Source of the DNA: Staphylococcus phage vB_Sau_P68
Sequence record: OL741057.1
DNA: 64,000 bases
Reading direction: 5' to 3' (one strand)
The notes under the pieces were generated by a model that was given only the letters and a program-made list of their open reading frames with translations, ran no database searches and was not told the DNA's origin. Positions 39,082 to 47,911 of the stretch are shown here, piece by piece (the stretch's first letter is position 1; the number at the start of each line of letters is the position of its first letter). The translations under genes were made by a program, and so were the position numbers.

Positions 39082-39774
39082 ATGGAAGGTAAAAAATTTA
39101 ATAGGTTGACAGTACTAGAATACTCTCATAAAAAAGGAGGTAAAAAATATTATTTATGTGAATGTTCGTGCGGTAATAAAACATATGTTAGACAGGATAA
39201 AATAAAAAGCGGGCATACAAAATCATGTGGGTGTCTTATGAAAGAGTCTAGTTCTAGAATAGGTAAAAATAAAAAAACCCATGGAAAAACAGATACTGCA
39301 GAATATATGGTATGGTGTGATATGAAATCTAGATGTTTTAATGATAAAAATATAGCTTACAAAAATTATGGTGGTAGAGGTATTACTGTGTGTGATAGAT
39401 GGAAAAAGTCTTTTAATAATTTCTATGAAGACATGGGAGATAGACCTACCAATAAACATCAATTAGATAGAAAAGATAATGATGGTAACTATTCTCCGGA
39501 AAATTGTAGATGAGTAACTCCGAGTGAAAACAGCGTTAACAGACGAAATAAAGGAAACAATTCCGGAATAAAAAACATTCATAAAGATGGTAATAAGTAT
39601 TATGTAGTAGTAACAAGAGACAAGATAAAAAGAATTTCTTCATATACATCATTGGAAAATGCTATAAAATTAAAAAATTTATATATTGAGGAATACAAAG
39701 AAAACAAATCAGATTGGGTTAAAAATACACTAAAAAATAATTACAAAAAAGTGTTGACAAAACATAATACATAG
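39082..39774 (+). pseudogene. HNH homing endonuclease gene with in-frame TGA at the conserved Trp codon (pseudogene or opal read-through)
   Basis: The 143-aa ORF ends ...LDRKDNDGNYSPENCR-TGA. The same frame continues VTPSENSVNRRNKGN... for 86 more codons to TAG at 39772. The intact paralog 42878..43609 has ...GNVKWSNASEQSFNRRQ with TGG (Trp) at the aligned position. Both share the N-terminal Zn-finger region (F-RLT...CEC-CGN...SCGCL). Confidence 0.6.
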
Positions 39775-39782
39775 TGTATAGT
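39754..39782 (+). promoter_or_regulatory. sigma-A promoter (TTGACA-17-TATAGT)
   Basis: Consensus elements; overlaps the 3' end of the HNH read-through region. Confidence 0.65.
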
Positions 39783-39813
39783 TATATATGTAATCAAATA
39801 AAGGAGGAATTGC

Positions 39814-40122
39814 ATGGCATTATTTTTAACAATATTATCTATTTTTATTGTTTTCTTAGTCCTTGTAGGTTTTGGTATAAGTTATCTGTTTGACTTTCTA
39901 TCTATGAAAGAACATAAGAGTAATATACGAAGACAGTACAGGGAAATGGTTAGACAAGGTAGACTAAATGACTATGAGTTAGAACAGTATATCAAAAACA
40001 AAAAACAGTTTTTGAATGACCGTAGACAATCTCTTGTTACCAAAGCAGATAAACTAGAAATAGACAAAGAGGAAAAAGCTTTAAATAGCTTAATAAAAGA
40101 AATAGAAAAAGGAGAAATGTAA
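39814..40122 (+). CDS. small membrane protein (single N-terminal transmembrane helix, charged coiled C-terminus)
   Basis: 102 aa; stop/start overlap (ATGA) with the downstream SPFH gene. Confidence 0.7.
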   Translation: MALFLTILSIFIVFLVLVGFGISYLFDFLSMKEHKSNIRRQYREMVRQGRLNDYELEQYIKNKKQFLNDRRQSLVTKADKLEIDKEEKALNSLIKEIEKGEM

Positions 40123-40916
40123 TGAGAAAGTCAGTCGTAATTTCAGGAGTAATAGGGTTTTTAGCAATTATAGGATTTATTATTTTATTAATGTGTATCA
40201 CAAAAATTCCACAAGGACATGTTGGTGTTGTGTACTCAGTCAATGGTGTCAAGGAAGATACTAAATCACCAGGGTGGCATTTAACAGCCCCATTTGATAA
40301 GGTAAATAAATACCCAACTAAAACACAAACACATAAATATAAGGATTTAAATGTAGCAACGAGTGATGGTAAAAATTTAACAATGGATATTGATGTTTCT
40401 TATAAAGTAGATGCAACTAAAGCTGTAGATTTATTTAACCGTTTTGGTAGTGCAGATATTGAAGAGTTAGAAAAAGGATACTTACGCTCACGTGTGCAAG
40501 ACAATGTGCGTCAAGCAATTTCTAAATACTCAGTAATTGATGCATTCGGTGTTAAAACTGGTGAAATTAAACAAGATACATTAGATAAGTTAAATAAAAA
40601 CTTAAAGTCTCAAGGATTCATTATTGATGATATTGCACTATCTAGCCCTAAAGCTGATAAGAACACTCAAAAAGCAATTGACGAACGAGTTAAAGCTAAC
40701 CAGGAATTAGAACGTACTAAAGTCGATAAACAAATTGCGGAACAAAATGCTAAGAAAAAAGAAGTAGAAGCCAATGGTGATAAGAAAGCCAATGAAATTA
40801 GAAAAGAATCACTGTCTGAAGAAATTATTCAACAACAATTAATTGAAAAATGGGACGGTAAGCAACCTATTACTTATCCTAACTCTAATGGTGTTATATT
40901 AGATATGAAAAAATAA
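40122..40916 (+). CDS. SPFH/band-7 (prohibitin/stomatin/HflC-like) domain membrane protein
   Basis: 264 aa. N-terminal transmembrane helix, then PQGHVGVVYSVNGV...GWHLTAPFDKV...V-TSDG-N...VDV---YKV, typical of SPFH. C-terminal coiled-coil with AEQNAKKKEVEA. Confidence 0.8.
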   Translation: MRKSVVISGVIGFLAIIGFIILLMCITKIPQGHVGVVYSVNGVKEDTKSPGWHLTAPFDKVNKYPTKTQTHKYKDLNVATSDGKNLTMDIDVSYKVDATKAVDLFNRFGSADIEELEKGYLRSRVQDNVRQAISKYSVIDAFGVKTGEIKQDTLDKLNKNLKSQGFIIDDIALSSPKADKNTQKAIDERVKANQELERTKVDKQIAEQNAKKKEVEANGDKKANEIRKESLSEEIIQQQLIEKWDGKQPITYPNSNGVILDMKK

Positions 40917-40944
40917 AATCTAATATAGATAAGGATGGGTACTT

Positions 40945-41889
40945 ATGGGTAGAAAATTAACTCAAGAAGAATTTATTAAAAAACTTAAAAATAAATTTCC
41001 TAATGATACTTTAGAACTCATGGACGATTATAAAAACAAAAGAACTAAAGTTATGATTAAACATGGTGAATGTGGTAGGATTATAGATACTAGAACAGCA
41101 GGTAACTGGTTGCACACAGCAATCAGTCCTTGCCCTTTTTGTAATGACCCTAGAAATAAACCATTAGAAGAATTTTTAAAAGAAGTTGATGAACATAGTA
41201 AAAATACTCTAAAGTATATAGAGGGGTTTGAACACAAAAATGGTTCTAATATTAAATTGCAATGTTTAAAATGCAGTAACATATTTGAAAAGACACAACA
41301 AAATATAAAAAGAAATATTAAACGTAATGGTAGTATTTGCCCTTACTGTAGTAAACTTAGAAACTTAAGTACAGAAGAGTTTAACAATAAGTTATTACAA
41401 GAAACCGATAATAACTATTCTATTTTTGGAGAATATAATAATGTATCAACGAGAATTAATGTTATACATTCTAAGTGTGGTAAGATAACAAAAAGTATAA
41501 CACCTAAAAGAGCTTTACGAGGGTTATGTTGTAATCATTGCTATCCTAGAAGTGCTTCATATAAAGAGAGGTTTATTATAGATATATTAGATAAAAATAG
41601 TATAGAATATACACGTGAAAAGATATTTAATGACCTTAAAAGTTCAGGAGGATATTCTTTAAGATTTGATTTCTGTCTATTTAAAGAAAATGATATTATA
41701 CTTATTGAGTATGATGGAGAACATCATTCAAACGAAGAAGGTTATTTAAGTAATAACACTGTAAAAAATGATAAAATAAAAAATGATTACTGTTACAATA
41801 ATAATATTAAGCTTTATAGAATAAAAGATTGTTCAGATGAAGGTTTAGAAATAAAGATTAATAATATTTTATCGGAAATGGAACTATAG
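40945..41889 (+). CDS. Vsr/EDxHD-like (PD-(D/E)XK-superfamily) endonuclease with multiple CxxC zinc-ribbon motifs; putative free-standing homing endonuclease
   Basis: 314 aa. At least four C-x2-C pairs in the N-terminal two-thirds. C-terminal SLRFDFCLFKENDIILIEYDGEHH resembles the catalytic motif of the 12613 ORF and Vsr/DUF559 nucleases. Confidence 0.7.
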   Translation: MGRKLTQEEFIKKLKNKFPNDTLELMDDYKNKRTKVMIKHGECGRIIDTRTAGNWLHTAISPCPFCNDPRNKPLEEFLKEVDEHSKNTLKYIEGFEHKNGSNIKLQCLKCSNIFEKTQQNIKRNIKRNGSICPYCSKLRNLSTEEFNNKLLQETDNNYSIFGEYNNVSTRINVIHSKCGKITKSITPKRALRGLCCNHCYPRSASYKERFIIDILDKNSIEYTREKIFNDLKSSGGYSLRFDFCLFKENDIILIEYDGEHHSNEEGYLSNNTVKNDKIKNDYCYNNNIKLYRIKDCSDEGLEIKINNILSEMEL

Positions 41890-41915
41890 TAGACGCAACA
41901 GGTAAATAGTAATAA

Positions 41916-41945
41916 TGAGAGAGGTTAATACCTCTCTTTTTTTAT
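41916..41945 (+). terminator. rho-independent terminator
   Basis: GAGAGAGG-TTAATA-CCTCTCT followed by TTTTTT. Confidence 0.7.
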
Positions 41946-42103
41946 GTTTTAATTATCTGACAATGGTAATGTTTGTAACAAAACCTTAATATTATTACAC
42001 TAAATAGTGCTATATTATACTTGCGTTATTTAAAGATATATGTTATGATTACTTATGTCGATAAAATAATACATTATAAAAAATATTAAGGAGTTTTAAA
42101 TTT

Positions 42104-42802
42104 ATGAAGAAAACAATTTTTGCAACATTAGCATTAGGTACAGCTATTACTTTTGGAGGTATTGCTACAAACGAAGCTAGTGCAGACGAAATTGATTATA
42201 ATAAATTAGCAGAACAAGCTAAATCAAATTCAGTAGAAGTAAATACAAAACCAATTCAAGAAGGTAACTACGACTTCTCATTTAGTGATGAAGAGTTTAC
42301 TTACCATTTCTATAATTATAATGGTAACTTTGGTTACGAATACCACTCAGGTTCTACACAAGTAGATAATACAGTATCACGTTTAGCAGGTGAAGAGCAA
42401 ACACCTGAACAAAAAGTAGACCAACAACAAGCTCAATTTAATGTTCAAAATGAACAAGATACTAAAAAAGATGTGCAACCGACATCAGTGTCGGCTCCAG
42501 TACAAAAAGAAACTAAACAACCTACACAATCTACAAGTAAATCAGGTGGTTCTGTTAAGGCTCAGTTCTTAAATGCAGGAGGAACAGAAGCTATGTGGAA
42601 TTCTATTGTAATGCCTGAAAGTACTGGTAATCCTAATGCAACTAATGGACAATATTCAGGATTATTCCAAATGTCACCACAATCAGGTAATGGTACAGGT
42701 TCTGTTGAAGAACAAACAAAATCAGCAATTAAATATGCCAACGAAAGATACGGTTCAGTAGAAAATGCTATTTCTGCTCGACAATCTAAAGGTTGGTGGT
42801 AA
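42104..42802 (+). CDS. secreted protein with signal peptide and IsaA/SceD-like transglycosylase-type C-terminal domain
   Basis: 232 aa. Begins MKKTIFATLALGTAITFGGIATNEASA. C-terminal PESTGNPNATNGQYSGLFQMS...AIKYANERYGS...GWW resembles staphylococcal IsaA/SceD transglycosylase domains. Confidence 0.7.
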   Translation: MKKTIFATLALGTAITFGGIATNEASADEIDYNKLAEQAKSNSVEVNTKPIQEGNYDFSFSDEEFTYHFYNYNGNFGYEYHSGSTQVDNTVSRLAGEEQTPEQKVDQQQAQFNVQNEQDTKKDVQPTSVSAPVQKETKQPTQSTSKSGGSVKAQFLNAGGTEAMWNSIVMPESTGNPNATNGQYSGLFQMSPQSGNGTGSVEEQTKSAIKYANERYGSVENAISARQSKGWW

Positions 42803-42810
42803 ATCATTAA

Positions 42811-42839
42811 AAGACATCTTGACAGATGTCTTTATTTAT
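42811..42839 (+). terminator. weak terminator hairpin
   Basis: AAGACATCT-TGAC-AGATGTCTT followed by TATTTAT. Confidence 0.4.
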
Positions 42840-42877
42840 GCTATATTAGTAATAGTCATTAGAAAGGAGTAAATATA

Positions 42878-43609
42878 ATGCTAGAAAATTTTGTATATTC
42901 TAAGAAACCTAACAGAATTAAAGGTGAAGTTTTAGATGAGAGAGGTAAAGTTTTTGGTAGGTTAACTGCTATTAGAATTGTAGAAAAAGCTAAAGGAGGT
43001 TCTAAATGGGAATTTAAATGTGAATGCGGAAATACAAAAGTATTAAATATAAGCCAAGTTAAAAGAGGTAAAACAAATTCTTGTGGATGCCTTCATAGAG
43101 AATCAGCCTCAAAAAGAATGAAAGATAAATTTAAAACACATGGAGCATCTAAAGAATCTTGGTACTCTAATTATAACAGTATGATACAGAGAACAGTAAA
43201 TGAAGAATATAATTATAGAAATGAAATGACCTATGGGGAAGATTTTATACAAGGTAAATTAATAGAAGAAAGTTGGATAGATGACCCTTGGGAGTTTTAT
43301 AAAGAAATAGGGGAAAAACCAAGCAAAAAACATTCCATAGATAGAATAGATAACAATAGAGGGTATGTAAAGGGTAATGTTAAATGGTCGAATGCAAGTG
43401 AACAATCTTTTAATAGAAGACAGATGGGAGACCTACCTAATATAACTTTACAACCTAAAGGAACAAATAGAAGAGCTAGAGATGCTTACTTAGTTAAAGT
43501 AGGAAAAGAATATTTAGGAACAAGGTTTACTTTAGAAGAAGCTACAGAGCTTAGAGATGACTATCGTAAAAGAAAAGGACTTCCTGAAGTTATAAATAGA
43601 ATTGACTAA
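42878..43609 (+). CDS. HNH homing endonuclease (intact paralog of 39082 ORF)
   Basis: 243 aa. Zn-finger CECGN...SCGCL, then HSIDRIDNNRGYVKGNVKWSNASEQSFNRRQ. Confidence 0.75.
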   Translation: MLENFVYSKKPNRIKGEVLDERGKVFGRLTAIRIVEKAKGGSKWEFKCECGNTKVLNISQVKRGKTNSCGCLHRESASKRMKDKFKTHGASKESWYSNYNSMIQRTVNEEYNYRNEMTYGEDFIQGKLIEESWIDDPWEFYKEIGEKPSKKHSIDRIDNNRGYVKGNVKWSNASEQSFNRRQMGDLPNITLQPKGTNRRARDAYLVKVGKEYLGTRFTLEEATELRDDYRKRKGLPEVINRID

Positions 43610-43703
43610 GATTAATTTCTTAGTCTTTTTTGTATATTATAGTTGACTTCTTAAGTTAACTATGCTATAATTAGTTTAACAAATAAATAAAGGAGGATAA
43701 TAA

Positions 43704-43931
43704 ATGAATAAATTTAAAAGATGGTTTCGGATTAATGTTCTAAAAAAAGAAACCCTACTTTTTAAAGTTTATTGGAGATATGAATCACCATCTTTAAAAA
43801 AACCTCATGTATTTCATATAGAGTTATATGCTAAGAGTAAAGCAGAGGCAAGAGACAAATCACACGAGTATATACTAAAAAATGCAAAGGCATCTGAGGA
43901 TTTTAAATTTTTAAAAGTAGAGGAGAAATAG
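43704..43931 (+). CDS. hypothetical basic protein
   Basis: 75 aa; RBS AAGGAGG. Confidence 0.6.
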   Translation: MNKFKRWFRINVLKKETLLFKVYWRYESPSLKKPHVFHIELYAKSKAEARDKSHEYILKNAKASEDFKFLKVEEK

Positions 43932-43933
43932 TT

Positions 43934-44164
43934 ATGGATGAAAAAAAGGAAAGTAAACCTCTAAACCTTCAAAAAATTAGAGTAGAAAAAGGACATACGT
44001 TAAGGAGCCTAGCTTCTGAAATAGGTGTTCATTACTCTCTCATATCTTATTGGGAGTATGGTAAAAAGAAACCAAGAAGTGCTAATTTAATGAGGTTAGA
44101 GAAGGCATTAGATACTCCAGGTAAAGAGCTATTTAAGGAATTGGAGGAAGACGATGGAGAATAA
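43934..44164 (+). CDS. XRE/Cro-type helix-turn-helix transcriptional regulator
   Basis: 76 aa; LRSLASEIGVHYSLISYWEYGKKKP is a classic HTH. Confidence 0.7.
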   Translation: MDEKKESKPLNLQKIRVEKGHTLRSLASEIGVHYSLISYWEYGKKKPRSANLMRLEKALDTPGKELFKELEEDDGE

Positions 44165-44795
44165 TAATTTAGTTAATTTTTTAATGACTACAGATGATAT
44201 AGATGATACTATAGAAATGGTAGATTCATTTGAATTACAAGACATAAACAAAGTTTTAGGTGAAGATACGTTTTTAACAATAATGGAAATTACAGATAGT
44301 CTTCCTGATAACCAATATAAAATAGTATTATTGTCTTCTTTAGACAAGCTATTAAATACAGATAGAAAAGAATTAGTAGAATATGACGAAGACTTCCCTA
44401 CTATACGGAAACATAATGTATCTGAATTAAAAAGGGACACAGTTAATTCTGTAATTGATAGTTATATGAATACTAATGTAGAAATACTTTATGTAGAGTA
44501 CCCTACTATTAGTAATTACAGTGTAGTCGTAGATTCTGTTAAAGTATTAAATACTCTGTATTTAATTGAAAATAGGAATGGTAAGATAGAAGCATCTCTG
44601 TCAGAGGACGGGGAAGACTTGCATGAATATATATCAGAGGAAGGTTACAGTGTTATTGATATTTTAAATAAATTTGATGATGTGGAAGATTTATTTGATG
44701 AAGATAGCAATATAAGTAATTTCTTTTCGGATATTGATGAAGGTAAAAACAAAACGATTAAATCATTTATTGAGTTGGTTATTAATTTAAAATAA
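44154..44795 (+). CDS. hypothetical acidic protein
   Basis: 213-aa ORF. Confidence 0.7.
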   Translation: MENNNLVNFLMTTDDIDDTIEMVDSFELQDINKVLGEDTFLTIMEITDSLPDNQYKIVLLSSLDKLLNTDRKELVEYDEDFPTIRKHNVSELKRDTVNSVIDSYMNTNVEILYVEYPTISNYSVVVDSVKVLNTLYLIENRNGKIEASLSEDGEDLHEYISEEGYSVIDILNKFDDVEDLFDEDSNISNFFSDIDEGKNKTIKSFIELVINLK

Positions 44796-44817
44796 ACTTA
44801 GTGGAGGTATTTGTTTT

Positions 44818-45006
44818 ATGAAAAAAGGATTATTTACTGTAATAGCGGATGGGTTTAAATTTAATGTAATTGCTAGAAATAAGGTAGAAGTAAAAGAACA
44901 CTGTTTTAAATGTTTTGATTTTGATTATATTTCTATAACATTTTGTCGAGATATCTATTCTGACTATGATTACCCTCAGTTCATGGAGGATTATAAATAT
45001 GCATGA
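44818..45006 (+). CDS. small hypothetical protein
   Basis: 62 aa; RBS GGAGG. Confidence 0.45.
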   Translation: MKKGLFTVIADGFKFNVIARNKVEVKEHCFKCFDFDYISITFCRDIYSDYDYPQFMEDYKYA

Positions 45007-45424
45007 TAGAGTGAATATATACACTGACGGTAGCTCATCTTATAATAAAGGTAAAGTAGGCTCAGGTGCTGTATTAGTAAGTATAGATGGAAAAATTATA
45101 TCAGAAATTAGTAAAAGTGTTGACAAACCAGGATTGATAAAGTATAATAATGTTGCAGGTGAAATATTAGCTTGTTGTTACGGTATTGAAGAGGCTATTA
45201 ACTTAGGATACAAACAGGCAATAGTTTATATAGATTACATTGGTTTAATTCACTGGTATGAAGGTACCTGGTCAGCTAGAAATATACTAAGTCAAACATA
45301 TATTAAGATGATACGAGAATACCAAAAAGTAATAGATATAAACTTTGTAAAAGTTAAAGCTCATACCGGAGATGAGTGGAATGAGTATGCGGATAACCTA
45401 GCAAAAAAATCTATAGGTATATAA
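44999..45424 (+). CDS. rnhA: ribonuclease H
   Basis: Start ATG at 44999 after GGAGG. Reads YTDGSS...NNVAGEILA...YIDY...VKAHTGDEWNEYADNLA, which gives the RNase H DEDD residues. Confidence 0.75.
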   Translation: MHDRVNIYTDGSSSYNKGKVGSGAVLVSIDGKIISEISKSVDKPGLIKYNNVAGEILACCYGIEEAINLGYKQAIVYIDYIGLIHWYEGTWSARNILSQTYIKMIREYQKVIDINFVKVKAHTGDEWNEYADNLAKKSIGI

Positions 45425-45441
45425 AAAAAGGAGAAAATATT

Positions 45442-46062
45442 ATGAAGAGAATTAATTCAGTAATTAAAGGTAAAGGAAAGAAAATTCAAACAACAGATGT
45501 TATGAAGATTAGTTATTATGTTAGAGACCACAACCCATCTATGACTTTAGAAGATGCAGAAGATTATAATGCAAACAGTCAATACTTAGTTAGTGATAAT
45601 GGTAAGTTTATTGCAAAGTATAACAAAGAGCTGAACGCAGTAGGTTTCTATGAAGAATCAGGAGAAGACGTTAAACATCTAACACATACTACACCTGAAA
45701 AATTAGAAGGAACTGTATTTACGATTGAAGAAGAAACAGAAATTGATTTAGTTAATGATGTATTACCTCAAGGAGATATTTTAATTAAGTTTACAGATGG
45801 TGATTTCTACTTACCTGATAATGAGTCAGTATCAAATACTGTAAATTACTTAGTAGGTAATGATTGGGATATGGTTGATGAAGTTATTTACACAGGATTA
45901 TCTAAAGGTAAAGGGGAAAATTGTATTGTAGATTTTGATTCTAGTATTTATCATGAAGACTTATTTGATGATGATGATTATGATGATGAAGTTTGTGAAA
46001 ATTATCCTGAATGTAACTGTGGTAAATACTGCTCTTCAACAGGTGAATATATAGGTAATTAG
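45442..46062 (+). CDS. hypothetical acidic protein with C-terminal Cys cluster
   Basis: 206-aa ORF. Confidence 0.7.
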   Translation: MKRINSVIKGKGKKIQTTDVMKISYYVRDHNPSMTLEDAEDYNANSQYLVSDNGKFIAKYNKELNAVGFYEESGEDVKHLTHTTPEKLEGTVFTIEEETEIDLVNDVLPQGDILIKFTDGDFYLPDNESVSNTVNYLVGNDWDMVDEVIYTGLSKGKGENCIVDFDSSIYHEDLFDDDDYDDEVCENYPECNCGKYCSSTGEYIGN

Positions 46063-46113
46063 TACTATATTAAAAGAGAGTAAAACTATTTATAGATAGG
46101 GGAACTTTAAAAT

Positions 46114-46854
46114 ATGGCAATACAACTAAAAGAATTAGACTTTAAGTTAAAAGATTATCCTAATGTACGATATAACATGGGAGAACACTTAGTATTTAAT
46201 GACTTTCTAGAAATGGCTACAAAAGAACAATTAGATTTTTGTGAGGATTTCTTTGATGATGATGTTGAAATACTTTGGAATGAAAGTCAAGCCGGTACAG
46301 GTAAAACAATGTGTTCAGTAGCTTGTGCTTACGCTGATTATCTTAATAAAGACAGAAAATTAGTATTTGTAATTTCACCAGTATCTGAAGATTTAGGTTC
46401 AAGACCAGGTAATCAAACAGAAAAAGAAATGGCATATTTCATGGGGTTACATGATGCTCTTATTGAACTTAATATGAGACCTGAACAACAAATAACTGAA
46501 ATGTTGCAAATGGAAGATAATGTTAAAGAAGATAAATTAGGTGAATGTTGGGTATCTCAAATATCACACCTGTTTTTAAGAGGTGGTAACTTAAGAGATG
46601 CTACTATAATTATAAATGAAGCTCAAAACTTTAAACGTAGTGAACTTAAAAAAGTACTTACTAGAATTCATACAAAGAATTCAACAGTAATAGTTGAGGG
46701 TAACTTCAAACAAATAGATTTAAAAGATGAACGCAAATCAGGTTTTGGAGACTATATGGACTATTTTAGAAAGTATGACGGAGCAGTATTCCATAATTTT
46801 ACAGTTAACTTCCGTTCTAAATTAGCCCAATACGCAGACGATTTTAAATGGTAA
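46114..46854 (+). CDS. PhoH-like ATPase
   Basis: 246 aa; Walker A QAGTGKT and Walker B-like IIINEAQN. Confidence 0.7.
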   Translation: MAIQLKELDFKLKDYPNVRYNMGEHLVFNDFLEMATKEQLDFCEDFFDDDVEILWNESQAGTGKTMCSVACAYADYLNKDRKLVFVISPVSEDLGSRPGNQTEKEMAYFMGLHDALIELNMRPEQQITEMLQMEDNVKEDKLGECWVSQISHLFLRGGNLRDATIIINEAQNFKRSELKKVLTRIHTKNSTVIVEGNFKQIDLKDERKSGFGDYMDYFRKYDGAVFHNFTVNFRSKLAQYADDFKW

Positions 46855-46863
46855 AATAATATG

Positions 46864-46892
46864 TTGACAAGCCTCCTTAGTTATGGTATACT
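46864..46892 (+). promoter_or_regulatory. sigma-A promoter (TTGACA-17-TATACT)
   Basis: Consensus spacing. Confidence 0.65.
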
Positions 46893-46921
46893 TATCTTAT
46901 AATAACTAAGGAGGATTTTTT

Positions 46922-47146
46922 ATGAATTATTTAGCTAAGGTATTTATTAATAACAGTTGGTTGGTAAAACTTATAACAATTGTATTACTAACTTTATTTC
47001 TAAGCGGTCTAGCTTATGTTATAAGTGCAGTATCATTATTCTTATCAACAGTTTTAAATTTACCTGGTTTAGTAGTATTAGCATTTTTAGCAAGTGTAAG
47101 TCTTATTTTATTATCTGTAGTTAAAACAGTAAAGGAGGAAAAATAG
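46922..47146 (+). CDS. small membrane protein
   Basis: 74 aa, two transmembrane helices. Confidence 0.6.
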   Translation: MNYLAKVFINNSWLVKLITIVLLTLFLSGLAYVISAVSLFLSTVLNLPGLVVLAFLASVSLILLSVVKTVKEEK

Positions 47147-47147
47147 T

Positions 47148-47285
47148 ATGAAATTTTTAGATTTTTTATTAGATGATGATGGAGAAGTTGCAGAAGGTTT
47201 AAGAGGTAAGTCAGAGGAAGACATCGAAAGAGAGTACGAAATCAGTCAAGATGCCGGGGACGATTACATTGGAGGGCTTAGCTAA
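47148..47285 (+). CDS. small acidic protein (45 aa)
   Basis: Not in the track; strong RBS AAAGGAGGAAAAATAGT-ATG; stop overlaps the next start (TAATG). Confidence 0.5.
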   Translation: MKFLDFLLDDDGEVAEGLRGKSEEDIEREYEISQDAGDDYIGGLS

Positions 47286-47911
47286 TGGTAAATAAAATTA
47301 AAGATAAAGTAATATATATGGGTGGTCATATTTTAAATGACGCAATGGTAGACTACAGAGATAAACAACATAAGCAAGTAGAAGGTATTATAGGAGTCAC
47401 TCCTTATAGTCCTCATAAAGATAAATCAATTAATGATAAGGCTAATGCAGAACAAACTGGTTTAGCTGAACGTATTTTAAACAATGACTTTAAAGCTATG
47501 CAAGAGTCAGATATCTTTGTGTTTGATATTCTTAACGAAGGATTAGGAACAATTGCAGAACTTGGTATTTTACTAGGTATGAAACATCAAGCAGAAGAAA
47601 CAATTAACCATATATATGATAATGGAGAAGGATACTTTAATTATATGTCAAATAGATTTGAAACTTCATTAAGTGTTGAAGAGGAATTAATAGTAGACAA
47701 ACTAGAAAATATTGTAAATAAACCTGTTTTAATTTATTGCTCAGATATTCGTCAAGGTCATGGGAAAGGTTATAACGACCCTGATAGAGCTGAATTTAGT
47801 ACAAATCAATTTGTCTATGGTATGGTTCTGTCATTAACCAATGGAGAAGGTTTCATTTCATGGGAAGAAGTTTTAAAAAGATTAGAGAAATTAGGAGAAC
47901 AAGATGGATAA
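47285..47911 (+). CDS. nucleoside 2-deoxyribosyltransferase-like protein
   Basis: 208 aa. N-terminal VIYMGG plus ...DIFVFDILNEGLGTIAELG pattern, consistent with an NDT/DNPH1 fold. Tentative. Confidence 0.55.
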   Translation: MVNKIKDKVIYMGGHILNDAMVDYRDKQHKQVEGIIGVTPYSPHKDKSINDKANAEQTGLAERILNNDFKAMQESDIFVFDILNEGLGTIAELGILLGMKHQAEETINHIYDNGEGYFNYMSNRFETSLSVEEELIVDKLENIVNKPVLIYCSDIRQGHGKGYNDPDRAEFSTNQFVYGMVLSLTNGEGFISWEEVLKRLEKLGEQDG

